Below are positions 8,010 through 17,579 of a stretch of DNA of 64,000 bases, piece by piece (position 1 is the stretch's first letter; each line of letters begins with the position of its first letter). The translations under genes were made by a program, and so were the position numbers. The DNA comes from Solirubrobacterales bacterium (lineage in GTDB: Bacteria; Actinomycetota; Thermoleophilia; Solirubrobacterales; JBBDJG01), in the NCBI GenBank assembly GCA_038203635.1, contig JBBRDT010000002.1, forward strand, positions 5,030 through 69,029, given 5' to 3'. The notes under the pieces were generated by a model. That model was not told where the DNA came from. It ran no database searches and was given only the letters and a program-made list of their open reading frames with translations.

Positions 8010-8768
8010 CTAACCCGAAAGGGGGACAGAGTCGAGGAAGCGCCCCGAGAGCGCGCGGCCGAGGTCGTTCCATCGGAGGATCGCCGCACGGGTCTCGTGT
8101 CGCAGCGCCTCCGGATCGACCCCGATGCGCACCGCGTCCTCGTCCGAGCGGTAGTCGTCGATCCAGGCCTCGGCGTCCCCGGCGCTGACCTCCGCATGAA
8201 ACTGGATCCCCACGGCGTTCCCCGCCCGGTATGCCTGCAGGCATACGGCGCTGCGGGCGAGAGGAGTCGCCCCCGGTGGCAACGGGAACTCGTAGCTGTG
8301 CCATTGAAAGGCCTCGAATCGCCCCGGCAGCGAGCCGAGCACCGGGTCGGCCACCCCCTCGGCGGTCAGCTCGACCTCGTGCCAGCCGATCTCCGGGCGG
8401 CTCGCGCGCCGGGGCTGGGCGCCCGCGGCCTCCGCGAGCAGCTGCGCGCCGAGACAGACCCCGAGAGTGGGGACGCCGCGCTCCAGCAGGCCGCGCAACA
8501 GCGCCTTCACGTCTCGGAGCCATGCATGGCGTTCTTCGTGATCGGCGTGCATCGCGCCGCCGAACACCATCACCGCGTCGTAGGCCGAATGGTCGGCCGG
8601 AGGCGCACCGGTCTCGGCCGGCAGCCAGGTGTCGAGTGATATTCCACGCGCGCTTGCGGCGTCGGCGAACACACCGGGCCCGGCATCGCGCTGGTGGACG
8701 ACATTCAGGACTCGCACCGATCGCAGTTTGGCAATACGCTCCGCTCGTGGCGAGCGCGGATCGATCAC
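8010..8768 (-). CDS. Class I glutamine amidotransferase-like protein
   Basis: GVCLGAQLL nucleophile elbow and a downstream QFHAE-type His/Glu motif. An alternative GTG start at 8717 is possible. Confidence 0.75.
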   Translation of the reverse strand: MIDPRSPRAERIAKLRSVRVLNVVHQRDAGPGVFADAASARGISLDTWLPAETGAPPADHSAYDAVMVFGGAMHADHEERHAWLRDVKALLRGLLERGVPTLGVCLGAQLLAEAAGAQPRRASRPEIGWHEVELTAEGVADPVLGSLPGRFEAFQWHSYEFPLPPGATPLARSAVCLQAYRAGNAVGIQFHAEVSAGDAEAWIDDYRSDEDAVRIGVDPEALRHETRAAILRWNDLGRALSGRFLDSVPLSG

Positions 8769-9775
8769 CGGCCCTGACCGTCGCGATCACCGGCCCGACG
8801 GGTGACATCGGGCGCTCGGTGGTACGGGCGCTCGAACGGAGCCGGGAGGTCGGCCGGATCATCGGTATGGCGCGCCGCCCGTTCGATCCCGCCGACCACG
8901 GGTGGAAGCGCACGGAGTACCGGCAGGGGGACGTGCTCGATCGCGCCTCGGTGGATGAGCTGGTCGCAGAGGCCGACGTGGTGGTGCACCTCGCATTCCT
9001 GATCTTCGGCGGCCACGACGAGACCCGGGAGGTGAACCTGCGGGGCTCCCGGAACGTCTTCGAGGCAACGGTCGCGGCCCGCGCTAAGCGCCTGGTCTAC
9101 ACGTCATCGGTCGCCGCCTACGGGTTCCACCGCGACAACCCGGACGTGTTGACCGAGGACACCCCGCCGCTCGGGACGCCCGGCTTCTATTACTCCGCAC
9201 AGAAGGCTGAGCTGGAGCGGCTGCTGCAGGAGATCGCGGCGGACGCCCCGACCGACGTCTATGTGTTCCGGCCGTGCATCGTGGCCGGGTCGGACGCGCC
9301 CACGCTGATCGAGGGCTTCACCGGCCAGAAGGTCTTCGGCCGGACGGTGCGGCACGTGTGGCGGCTGCTCGAGGCGCTGCCCATCATCAGCCCCGTGTTG
9401 CCCGACGCCGGCGTCGCGTTCCAGCTGGTGCACCACGACGACGTCGCGAGCGCGGTGCGGGCCGCGGTGCTGGGCCGGGGCACCCCCGGCACGTACAACC
9501 TTGCTGCCGATGACGCGATCAGGGTCCGCGACGTCGCCAGCGCCCTCGGCTGGCAGTCCGTGCCGGTTCCCGGCGTCGCGCTCGAGGCCCTCGGCGAGGT
9601 CGTCTCACGCGTGCCCATGGCGCCTGCCGAAGCGGGATGGGTGGACGCCTTGCGCAAGCCCGTGCTGATGGACACCGCCAAGGCGCGGCGCGAGCTGCGC
9701 TGGCGAGTGCGACACGACGCTCGGGAAACGCTCGCGGAGACCGTCGCGGCGGCCCGTGAGGCCAGCATCATCTAG
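8747..9775 (+). CDS. NAD-dependent epimerase/dehydratase (SDR) family protein
   Basis: ITGPTGDIGRSVV Rossmann motif and a YSAQK catalytic motif. The ORF 8231..9775 upstream extension is Arg/Pro-rich and overlaps the divergent gene; start set at in-frame GTG 8747. Confidence 0.7.
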   Translation: MASADRSPALTVAITGPTGDIGRSVVRALERSREVGRIIGMARRPFDPADHGWKRTEYRQGDVLDRASVDELVAEADVVVHLAFLIFGGHDETREVNLRGSRNVFEATVAARAKRLVYTSSVAAYGFHRDNPDVLTEDTPPLGTPGFYYSAQKAELERLLQEIAADAPTDVYVFRPCIVAGSDAPTLIEGFTGQKVFGRTVRHVWRLLEALPIISPVLPDAGVAFQLVHHDDVASAVRAAVLGRGTPGTYNLAADDAIRVRDVASALGWQSVPVPGVALEALGEVVSRVPMAPAEAGWVDALRKPVLMDTAKARRELRWRVRHDARETLAETVAAAREASII

Positions 9776-9833
9776 CTCGTTAACGGGGATTTAACCGCCA
9801 CCTGAGCCGTTTTGCGCGGGATACTGGCAGCAA

Positions 9834-10292
9834 ATGCCGGAGCAGAATCTCGAGGTACTCGGCAAGGTCTACGACGCCTTCAACAGGCGGGACATGCCGG
9901 GGATGCTGGACTGCTTCGACTCCGGAATCGAGGTATCCGCGCCCGACGGTCTCGAGTACGCGGCGGTGATGATGCGCCTGCTCGGGCCGCGCGGAGTGGT
10001 GCTGCTCGACAGGTACCGCGGAAAAGACGAGGTCCGCCGCCTGTACGAAGCCCTGTGGACCATCTCGGCCCAATTCACGGTCGATGTCAAGGAATTCGTC
10101 GAGCATGAGGGAGCTGTGGTGGTCCCGGCCGTATTGCACGCGGTGACCGCGGACGCGGGTACCGAGGGCGAGGTGCACGTCGCGCATTTGTGGACTCTGG
10201 CCGCCGGCAAGGTCACCAGCCTGCGCATCTATGTTGATGTTGACCGTGCAAAGGCGGCGATTGGTCTGGGCGAGGGGGGACAGGAGGAGTAG
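9834..10292 (+). CDS. SnoaL-like / NTF2-fold protein
   Basis: 152 aa. N-terminus NLEVLGKVYDAFNRRDMPGMLDCF is typical of SnoaL/ketosteroid-isomerase-like proteins. Confidence 0.65.
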   Translation: MPEQNLEVLGKVYDAFNRRDMPGMLDCFDSGIEVSAPDGLEYAAVMMRLLGPRGVVLLDRYRGKDEVRRLYEALWTISAQFTVDVKEFVEHEGAVVVPAVLHAVTADAGTEGEVHVAHLWTLAAGKVTSLRIYVDVDRAKAAIGLGEGGQEE

Positions 10293-10367
10293 CATTGGCT
10301 GGCCTCCCCTAAATGGGTAAGGCCTCCCTAAATGGGCACGGGCGAGTTGGATGATCGTGAGCCCTTT

Positions 10368-10397
10368 GAAGCGCCCGGCGCATTTGCCGGGCGCTTC
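10368..10397. terminator. Bidirectional hairpin terminator
   Basis: GAAGCGCCCGGC GCATTT GCCGGGCGCTTC, a perfect 12-bp stem followed by TTTAATAT. Lies between convergent genes. Confidence 0.7.
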
Positions 10398-10463
10398 TTT
10401 AATATCGAGCGGGCTGCGCCCGCGCCTGCTGGAGCGCCGGCCTACGGCCGTCGCCTGATGTTT

Positions 10464-11375
10464 TCAGTGGAGGGCTACGACCTCGGGCCTGCGGCCCAGC
10501 ATTGCGAGCCCCCGTGCCTCCAGGCGGCGCACGCGGTCGCGGGAGATCTCCAGGCAGCCGGCGACGTCGTCGAGCGTGCGGGGGGTGCACCCGATCCCGT
10601 AGCGCAGCCTCAGGACGCGCCGCTCGGCTCGGGGCAGCTTCGCGAGCGCTCCGCGGACGGCCTCGTCGCGCAACAGGGACTCGACCTCTTCGTCGGGCTC
10701 CGAGGCGTCGCTTTCGAGCAGCTCACCGAATGGCGTGTGGCCGTCCTCTCCGACCGGCTTGTCGAGGCTTGCGACGGTGCGGGCGTACCCGCGCACGTCG
10801 TTCACCTGCGCGACCGGCATCTTTGCCACGGCGGCGACCTCGTATTCCGTGGGGGCGCGTCCGAGCTCGGCGGTCAGCGCGCGCTCGATCCGCGTGACCG
10901 CGCGCTCGCGCTCGACCATGTACACCGGCATCCTGATGATCCGTGCGCGGTTCGCGATTCCTCGCTCGATGGACTCTCGCACCCACCAGCTCGCGTAGGT
11001 CGAGAACCTGCAGCCCTTCCGCCAGTCGAACTTCTCTGCAGCGCGGATCAGGCCGATGATCCCCTCCTGGATCAGGTCGAGGATCGGCAGGTCCCGTCCC
11101 TGGTGCTTCTTCGCGATCGAGACCACGAGTCGCAGGTTCGAGTTGATCAGGCGCTCTCTGGCGGCGCGGTCTCCGTTCTCGATTCGCTTGGAGAGGTCGA
11201 CCTCCTCATCCGGCGTGAGCAGTCTGAAGCGCGCGATCTCGTTGAAGAACAGCTGGAGCGCGTCTGTGCCGCCGGTGCCGTGGGTCGATGCAGTGCGATC
11301 GGGGCCGCCTGAAGCACCGAGGCCCTCGAGCTCCTCCGACGCAATCCCGATCATGTCCTCCGAGCAGACCGTCAT
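10464..11375 (-). CDS. RNA polymerase sigma-70 family factor (principal-like / group 2 type)
   Basis: Regions 1.2 through 4.2 are recognisable: [53 protein letters not shown]. Confidence 0.9.
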   Translation of the reverse strand: MTVCSEDMIGIASEELEGLGASGGPDRTASTHGTGGTDALQLFFNEIARFRLLTPDEEVDLSKRIENGDRAARERLINSNLRLVVSIAKKHQGRDLPILDLIQEGIIGLIRAAEKFDWRKGCRFSTYASWWVRESIERGIANRARIIRMPVYMVERERAVTRIERALTAELGRAPTEYEVAAVAKMPVAQVNDVRGYARTVASLDKPVGEDGHTPFGELLESDASEPDEEVESLLRDEAVRGALAKLPRAERRVLRLRYGIGCTPRTLDDVAGCLEISRDRVRRLEARGLAMLGRRPEVVALH

Positions 11376-11518
11376 TTTGCCGCCTTTTTGAAGCGTGCAT
11401 CATGGACCGGCTAGGACAGCGAGAGCCTACTCCTCGCAGGCCCCGGAATCAAAGGTTGGGTGAGCAGTCCTCAAACGGCCCTGTGGGATCGAGCGTGGAA
11501 GGGGCGGCGTCAGCTCAG

Positions 11519-12355
11519 CTACGCGAGGGCCAGCGAATCCGCCGGCTCGCCCTCGGCGCCGGCGTGCGCGCGCGGAGTGAACGTCAAGGCGGTGTAGATC
11601 GGGCGGCCGCCGGGGATGTCGGTGCCGTCGAGCTCCCGCGGCCGGTTGACGATTCGCGACTCGCACAGCTGGGTCGCAGACCCGCCTCCGTCGAGGTTGA
11701 TCGCGTCATGAGCACCAAGCGCCGCCATCAGCTCGGCCATCTCGCCGAGAGTGAGTCCGGCGTCGGCGGCGTTGCGGCCGTCGCAGGTAAAGGACAGGGC
11801 GATGCCCTCCCTCACCCCGAGTGCCGCCCGGGGATGGCGCTCCGCGGTGATGTCCGAGTCGAACTGCTCGGAGCCGGCAGAAAAACCCTCCGGGTCGACG
11901 CCGTCGCGCACGACCGCCTGCCCCTGCTCCACCAGCAGCGGGCCGGCCTGCAGCAGGTCGCCGCGCGGTACCGGCGGCAGGCTCTGCCGGCGGGCGATCC
12001 GCAGCGTCCCGCCCTCGATGTGCACGCACGAGCGGACGGTGTTCCAGGGCGCGATGAAAGGAACGGAGGCCCATGGGATCCCGCCCAGGCGCAGCTCGCC
12101 GAGTGGCAGCGCGCTCTCGCGCACGAAAAACCCGCCCACCAGCGCCTCCGTCACGCCCGAGCGCGCGCACCAGGACGCGAGCGGCTCGGCGTGCGGTAGC
12201 GCCACGACGCGCACCTCGGTCTCGCGCAGGTCGTAGACAGCCAGGTGCACCGTCGTGCCGAGACCGTCGCACAGCTCCACACGAAAGGTGGCGGAAACCG
12301 AGGAGCTCTGGCGCAGCTCGCCCGGGAGGGAGTTGGGCATGATCGCGGCCACCAC
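11519..12355 (-). CDS. Phosphodiester glycosidase (NAGPA/DUF2233) family protein
   Basis: C-terminal AINLDGGGSATQL motif, typical of the family. Confidence 0.7.
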   Translation of the reverse strand: MVAAIMPNSLPGELRQSSSVSATFRVELCDGLGTTVHLAVYDLRETEVRVVALPHAEPLASWCARSGVTEALVGGFFVRESALPLGELRLGGIPWASVPFIAPWNTVRSCVHIEGGTLRIARRQSLPPVPRGDLLQAGPLLVEQGQAVVRDGVDPEGFSAGSEQFDSDITAERHPRAALGVREGIALSFTCDGRNAADAGLTLGEMAELMAALGAHDAINLDGGGSATQLCESRIVNRPRELDGTDIPGGRPIYTALTFTPRAHAGAEGEPADSLALA

Positions 12356-12427
12356 TCCAAAGTAAGGAAATAGCGGGACTTTCGCCGCAAAAATCTCGGG
12401 AACATCCCGTGAACATCCGGTGACGCC

Positions 12428-13948
12428 CTACCGGTGCGCGATCGGTTGGCCGCGGGCCAGCACCTCTTCGTAGAGGGCCTCGAAGGCCCGGGCTGTCGAC
12501 TCCCACGAGTGAGACGCGCGGATCTGGCGATACCCGTTCTCGCCCCGCACGGTGCGGGCCTGCTCGCCGTTCACCGCCTCCACCAGCGCTTCCGTGAGGG
12601 CGCCGATCTCGTCGGGCGGGATCAGCCAGCCGTTGGGGCGGGCCGGATCGGTGTTGACGAAGGACACCGGCCCACCGCTGCGGGTCGCGATCACGGGAAC
12701 CCCACACGACATCGCCTCGATCAGCATCTGGCCGAACCCCTCACGCGCGGACGGTGCCACCATCACGTCGGCGCAGGTCAGGCCCTCCGGCAGCTCCGTG
12801 TGCCCGCGCCACCCGACGAAGAAGATGCCGGCCTCGCCGACCTCGCGGGCAACCGCGTACGGATGCTCGCCCTCCCACTCCCCGGGGAAGCCCCCCCACA
12901 GCACGAGCGGCGCCGGGGTCGTGAACCTGTCTCTCGCGCGCGCGTAGGCGCGCAGCAGGAGCGGGACGCGCTTCACCTCGGTGAACCGCCCCACGAACAG
13001 GAGCACGGGCGCATGGTCGCCAGGCGGCTCGACCTCGAACCAGCGCAGGTCTTCGTCGCGGTAGCGGATGGTGCCCGGCGTGCCCGACTCATCCCAACCC
13101 TGAGGTTCCTCCACCAGCCAGTGGCGCCAGCGCCGCAGGCGCTCGGAGCGGTCGAGTACCTGGCGGTCGAAGCGCTCGATGTCGACCCCGTTGGGGATCG
13201 ACTCCACGGTCTCGGGGGGCACGTCGAGCAACTCGCGCGCCGCGTCCCGCAGGTGAGGAGAGATCGCAACGATGCGACTCGACATGCGCGCCGCGTGGCG
13301 CAGGCGGCGGGCCCAGTGGTCGCCGAAGCGCCACTGCTCCCAGCGGGTCTCGCGCAGCACCCGGCGCTCCTCCGCGTCGAGGTCCGCCGAGGACACCGGG
13401 CGATCGCCCGACTCCGCCATCCCGGCGAGGTCGGTGCCGAGGATCCCGGCCAATCCCCGCAGCCGGTCGATGTGCTCCAGCAGCAGGATCTCCGTCCCAT
13501 GCAGGTGTGTGACGATCGGTAGTCCCGCAAACCGGCGTGTGACCGCCTCGTGGATCGGCGTCAGATGATGGAGGTGCGCGACGGCCGGCGGTTGCGACCA
13601 TGCCCGTTCCAGGACCTGTTCCCACGCCGCCGCGAGGAGGTCCCCCGCCGCGGGCGTCACCGCGGCGATCACCGGGTCGGGTGCGCCGGGCCGGTCTTCG
13701 AAGGAAGGGTGCATCGGCATGGCTGCCTCGACCGGATCATGGCCCCGTTCGTGTGCGGCCAGCGCGGGTCCGTAGTCGACCGGCGTCAGGCGGGGATGCT
13801 TGAAGAAGCTCTCCGCGTGGGTGCGGTCTCCCGGTATCCCGAGCGAACCGGCGACGAGTGCGACCGGCCACCCCGTGGCTTCGATCGCCGGCACGAGATA
13901 GCGCACCACCTGCGACGACCCGCCCCGTGGATAGAACAGCAGGGTCAT
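12428..13948 (-). CDS. GT-B glycosyltransferase (family 4/1-like)
   Basis: 506 aa. Has FVGRFTEVKR and the EGFGQMLIEAMSCGVPVIAT motif of retaining GT4 enzymes. Confidence 0.8.
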   Translation of the reverse strand: MTLLFYPRGGSSQVVRYLVPAIEATGWPVALVAGSLGIPGDRTHAESFFKHPRLTPVDYGPALAAHERGHDPVEAAMPMHPSFEDRPGAPDPVIAAVTPAAGDLLAAAWEQVLERAWSQPPAVAHLHHLTPIHEAVTRRFAGLPIVTHLHGTEILLLEHIDRLRGLAGILGTDLAGMAESGDRPVSSADLDAEERRVLRETRWEQWRFGDHWARRLRHAARMSSRIVAISPHLRDAARELLDVPPETVESIPNGVDIERFDRQVLDRSERLRRWRHWLVEEPQGWDESGTPGTIRYRDEDLRWFEVEPPGDHAPVLLFVGRFTEVKRVPLLLRAYARARDRFTTPAPLVLWGGFPGEWEGEHPYAVAREVGEAGIFFVGWRGHTELPEGLTCADVMVAPSAREGFGQMLIEAMSCGVPVIATRSGGPVSFVNTDPARPNGWLIPPDEIGALTEALVEAVNGEQARTVRGENGYRQIRASHSWESTARAFEALYEEVLARGQPIAHR

Positions 13949-14142
13949 CCCGACCCCTCCCTCCGGCGCGTCGTGACCGCGAACTGCGGCCCGGCTCGTC
14001 GCAGCGATTTCCCTTCCTCCTTTCCTACTGACCGGTAAGTCCGTTACAGATTTCTAGACTCCCTTTACACGTTTGGGGGGGAATGTTAGGGTCAGCCCTC
14101 TGACGCGATGTGCGCGCTGGGGGAGTCGCGCTGAGGGGAGCT

Positions 14143-14244
14143 ATGGCAAAGAAAGGCTTGACGGTGTCATTCGCTGCGATCGCCTTCGCTGTCGGCACAG
14201 CGCCGGCCACACTCTTCGGAGCCCGGGGAACCTCGGTTCCCTAG
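14143..14244 (+). CDS. Candidate 33-aa hydrophobic peptide (MAKKGLTVSFAAIAFAVGTAPATLFGARGTSVP)
   Basis: ATG preceded by GAGGGGAG at a 3-nt spacing. Sits in an otherwise empty 420-nt intergenic region with a hairpin terminator downstream. No homology recognised. Confidence 0.25.
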   Translation: MAKKGLTVSFAAIAFAVGTAPATLFGARGTSVP

Positions 14245-14313
14245 GCACGGAGGCGATCCGCCCACGCGATCCTCCCCTACTACAGCGCCGGCGGGTCAAA
14301 GAAGCAGAGCAGC

Positions 14314-14338
14314 GAGGGCCGGGCTTGTCCCGGCCCTC
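14314..14338. terminator. Hairpin terminator
   Basis: GAGGGCCGGG CTTGT CCCGGCCCTC, a perfect 10-bp stem 33 nt downstream of the minus-strand gene that ends at 14371. Confidence 0.7.
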
Positions 14339-14370
14339 GTGCTTCCGCGCCGCTGACGCGTCGCACGGCC

Positions 14371-16746
14371 CTACTGCGTGACGGCTTCGACCCAGTCGAG
14401 CGCCCTGTCGCACAGACTGTCTGCACGTGCCGGAGACAACCGCTCCACCTGCTGCGCGGACCGGGGAGCGAAGAACAGCGGGCCGAGGCTCGGCGCCGGG
14501 CCGCCGCTGCCCGGATGGAGTAAGCCGGTCTCGTAGTCGACGTCCAATTTGTGGCGGCCGGCTGTCAGCCGCACCGTGCCGAGCGGCTCGTACTGGCCGG
14601 TGTGGCTGAGCTGGTGGCGTTCCGACGCGATCCGCCGGCCGTCCACGCTGACCCTCAGGCGCCCGCGGAACGAGCCGCGGACGTACACGTCGTATTGCGT
14701 GGGCGCGGGCACGGTCAACTCGGCCGCCTGCCTGGCGCTCCCGTCCGGGATCACGGCTCCCAGCTCAGCGGGGTCCGAGCGCCACTGCGATCCGGCCGGC
14801 GCCGCCAGGCCCACCCTCACGGGCGCGGGCCGTGTCGCCACCGCGAGCCGGCCGCCCTGAGCGCGGGCGAGGCTCGCCAGCTGCTTGACGCTTTCGCACT
14901 GCACCGGAGCGGATGCGTGCGGACCGTAACCCAGCGGCAGGTGCTGGAGCACCGTGCGCTCGGTGCCCGGAGCGCGCTGCCAGACGTCGTAGTAGCGGCC
15001 GCTGCGCACCCTCGAGAAGATCGAGGGTGGCCGGCTTGCCACGGGGGAGCGGCGCAGCACCAGCGTGCGATAGACGAGCAGGCTCGCGTCGGCGAGCTCG
15101 TCGACGTCCGCAGCCTCCAGCTTTTCCAGCTGGCGTCCGCTGCGAAGCAGCACCGGCCTGCGGCGCAGCTCGGAGGCCCCCTCGGGGTCGCCTTTCCGGA
15201 GGAAGTGGCGCACGCCGTAGGGCTCGTACTCGGTCATCAGGATCGGGCCCTCCCCCGCGATCTCCTTGCCGATCTCCTCCAGCTCCTGGTGTCTGTCGCG
15301 CGGTGCGAGGTTCACCTCGTGGTAGGCGAGCGCGTTCGACCACACCACACCGGCGGCGATGACCGCGGCCAGCGTGGTTGCCTCGACCCGTCTTCCCCGG
15401 GCGGCAAGCGCGGCCGCTCCGGCCATTCCCGCGAGGAGGATCGCCGGCGAACCTGTGGCCAGCGCCTTGGCGCCGACCCACGGCGAGCCCAGGATGCTGA
15501 TGCCGAGCGCCCCTCCGACCGCGGCGATCACGTAGAGCAGGAGTTCCCATGCACGGCGGCGCCATGCCCACCACATGCCGGTGACGGCGGCGGCGAGCAG
15601 CAGCGCGATCAGGATGTAGGTGGGCGCGAGGTGGGCCGGCTCGAAGCGGAAGTCCCCGACCGGCCAGATACCGGCGAGCTGCAGGCGGCTGAGCGGTTCG
15701 ACCAGGTTTCCGAGCTCGGTCCCCCTGGTGAGCGTGCTGCGCGCAGCGGGTTCCAGGAAAGACTCCGCCTGCAACAGCGTGGGGGCCGCGAGCACAGCGG
15801 TCACGACCACGAACACGAGGCCGGCCGCGATCGCGGTCTTGCCGTCTCGTACCCGTGCGAGCACGATCGCGGCGGGGATCAGCACGGGCGCAAGCCAGAC
15901 GATGCCGCCAAAGCTGAGCACCGCGAGCAACGCGGCGCTCGTGACTGCGAGCGGCAACACCGAATACGCGCTGACCCGCTCCCGGAACAGGGGCACGAGG
16001 AGCGCCGCGAGCAGCGCGACGGCCCACGCTGCGGCGAGCTCCTTGACACCACCCCACAGCGAGTAGGCGAACAACAGGGCCGGCTGGCTCGCCACCGTCG
16101 CGGCCAGCGCGCGCAACGGCCGCGAGTCGATCACACGGCTCGCGAGGACATAGAGCGCGAGGCCCGTGTAGGCGGCCAGCAGGGCCATGTAGGGCTGGAA
16201 CACCCAGGCCACGTCCTGCCCGACCAGCTTGGCCCCGATCCCGAGTGGGGGAAACGCGCCCACCGGATATCCGATGCTGAGGTTGACGTCGAGCGCGGCC
16301 TCGTACGACGAGGGCGCCAATCCGTTCAAGTCCCGGCCGTGCTCCATCAGGCGGTCGGTCATGGCCAGCCACGTGGCGGTGTCGTCGAGCTTTATGTACC
16401 CGGCGAACGTGGCGTCCCCCGAGAGCACCACGGGTGCCGCGAGGAATCCGTACACGGCGCACCCCGCTGCCACCGCCCACCATTCGATGCCGCGATCGCG
16501 CCCCGGCAGGGACAGCGCGATGCCCGCGAGCGCCAGCGCCAGCACGACGGGCAGGGCGAGCTCGGCCGTGGCGTCCCAAGCCGTCGCGATGTGACTCGCC
16601 ACGAGCAGCACGGCAAAGCCGGCCGCCGGCAACAGCCCGGCCGGCAGCCGGACGCCCGTCGCCTGCTCGAGCAGCAGCGCGCAGCCGACCGACACCGCCG
16701 TCACCGCGAGCGGGAACGCAACCCAGCAGATCAAGAGAGAGGTCAT
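14371..16746 (-). CDS. Large polytopic membrane protein, possibly a GT-C-type glycosyltransferase, with an extracytoplasmic C-terminal beta-rich domain
   Basis: 791 aa with about 13 predicted TM helices in the first about 480 aa. Acidic loop motif IKLDDTATW after the early TMs. Soluble C-terminal about 300 aa. Confidence 0.6.
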   Translation of the reverse strand: MTSLLICWVAFPLAVTAVSVGCALLLEQATGVRLPAGLLPAAGFAVLLVASHIATAWDATAELALPVVLALALAGIALSLPGRDRGIEWWAVAAGCAVYGFLAAPVVLSGDATFAGYIKLDDTATWLAMTDRLMEHGRDLNGLAPSSYEAALDVNLSIGYPVGAFPPLGIGAKLVGQDVAWVFQPYMALLAAYTGLALYVLASRVIDSRPLRALAATVASQPALLFAYSLWGGVKELAAAWAVALLAALLVPLFRERVSAYSVLPLAVTSAALLAVLSFGGIVWLAPVLIPAAIVLARVRDGKTAIAAGLVFVVVTAVLAAPTLLQAESFLEPAARSTLTRGTELGNLVEPLSRLQLAGIWPVGDFRFEPAHLAPTYILIALLLAAAVTGMWWAWRRRAWELLLYVIAAVGGALGISILGSPWVGAKALATGSPAILLAGMAGAAALAARGRRVEATTLAAVIAAGVVWSNALAYHEVNLAPRDRHQELEEIGKEIAGEGPILMTEYEPYGVRHFLRKGDPEGASELRRRPVLLRSGRQLEKLEAADVDELADASLLVYRTLVLRRSPVASRPPSIFSRVRSGRYYDVWQRAPGTERTVLQHLPLGYGPHASAPVQCESVKQLASLARAQGGRLAVATRPAPVRVGLAAPAGSQWRSDPAELGAVIPDGSARQAAELTVPAPTQYDVYVRGSFRGRLRVSVDGRRIASERHQLSHTGQYEPLGTVRLTAGRHKLDVDYETGLLHPGSGGPAPSLGPLFFAPRSAQQVERLSPARADSLCDRALDWVEAVTQ

Positions 16747-16791
16747 CGTGAGCCTCGCGCCTTGTATCAGGGCGCGGGGCCGGCGGCTCCG

Positions 16792-17454
16792 CTATCCGAT
16801 CGGTCGCACGCGCCCGCTGCGGGCAAGGCGGCGTGCTTTCCGCGGCGAGGGGTCGTACACCTCGACCTGCACGTCCTCCCCGGGGAACGCGAGGTACACG
16901 CTGCTCGGCCGGTCGCGGCCGTACAGACCGATACCGCCGTTCGCCAGGCGGAAGGTCACCGCATCGGGTCGCCGCGCCAGCCTGCGCAGGCTCTGCAGGG
17001 CGCGGGGCCGGGGGTACGTGCCGATCGTCGTGTAGTCAGGCTGCCGATCGCCGATACGTATGCCTGGCGGGAGGTAGCGGAGGTAGACGTTTCCATCCGT
17101 GGGGCGGGTCAGCTCGTACGTGTGGTTCTCCAGCTCCCCGGCCCAATAGACCGGGTGACCTGTCCGATCCGGAAGCGTGCGGAGCTCGGCGATCGACGCG
17201 GCGGACGACACCGGGCCATCCGGCCCTGAGCTGTCGCCCCCGGCTTGCAGGACGAGCCAAACGCCGAAAACGAGGGCCAGGGTGACCGCGACGACGGCAC
17301 CCAGGCGGATCCGGCGGGCCGGTGTAGACCTCTCGGCGGGTACCCCGGCCGGCTGGGATCCGGGCGCGAGCTGGGAAGGGGAGTCCACTACGCGACGTAT
17401 CGGCGTGGGGCGGGGACCGCATGAGGTCCCCGAAACGAGACTGGGCATCGTCAC
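16792..17454 (-). CDS. Hypothetical single-pass membrane-anchored protein
   Basis: 220 aa, one TM (LGAVVAVTLALVFGVWLVL). 45 nt upstream of, and co-directional with, the 791-aa membrane protein. Confidence 0.55.
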   Translation of the reverse strand: MTMPSLVSGTSCGPRPTPIRRVVDSPSQLAPGSQPAGVPAERSTPARRIRLGAVVAVTLALVFGVWLVLQAGGDSSGPDGPVSSAASIAELRTLPDRTGHPVYWAGELENHTYELTRPTDGNVYLRYLPPGIRIGDRQPDYTTIGTYPRPRALQSLRRLARRPDAVTFRLANGGIGLYGRDRPSSVYLAFPGEDVQVEVYDPSPRKARRLARSGRVRPIG

Positions 17455-17579
17455 ATGACAATAGGTTCAGGATTCGGTACGGTCGGGTACTAAAGGCGCA
17501 TTCACCCTCAGCAGGCCGTTTCGCTATGGCGGCCGGGAGGGGTTCTCGGAAATGCGTTGTCAAAGGGAGGAGGCGCTAA

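Noticed and set aside
8231-8746. 172-aa N-terminal extension of the epimerase ORF
   Set aside because: It is Arg/Pro/Ala-rich, overlaps the divergent amidotransferase gene on the other strand, and the Rossmann motif that normally sits at the N-terminus begins just after the GTG at 8747.
14551-17229. 892-aa ORF on the + strand
   Set aside because: It is fully antisense to the 791-aa membrane protein and its partner. The translation is Arg/Gly/Pro/His-rich low-complexity sequence with no recognisable domain. This is the shadow-ORF behaviour expected at about 70% GC.
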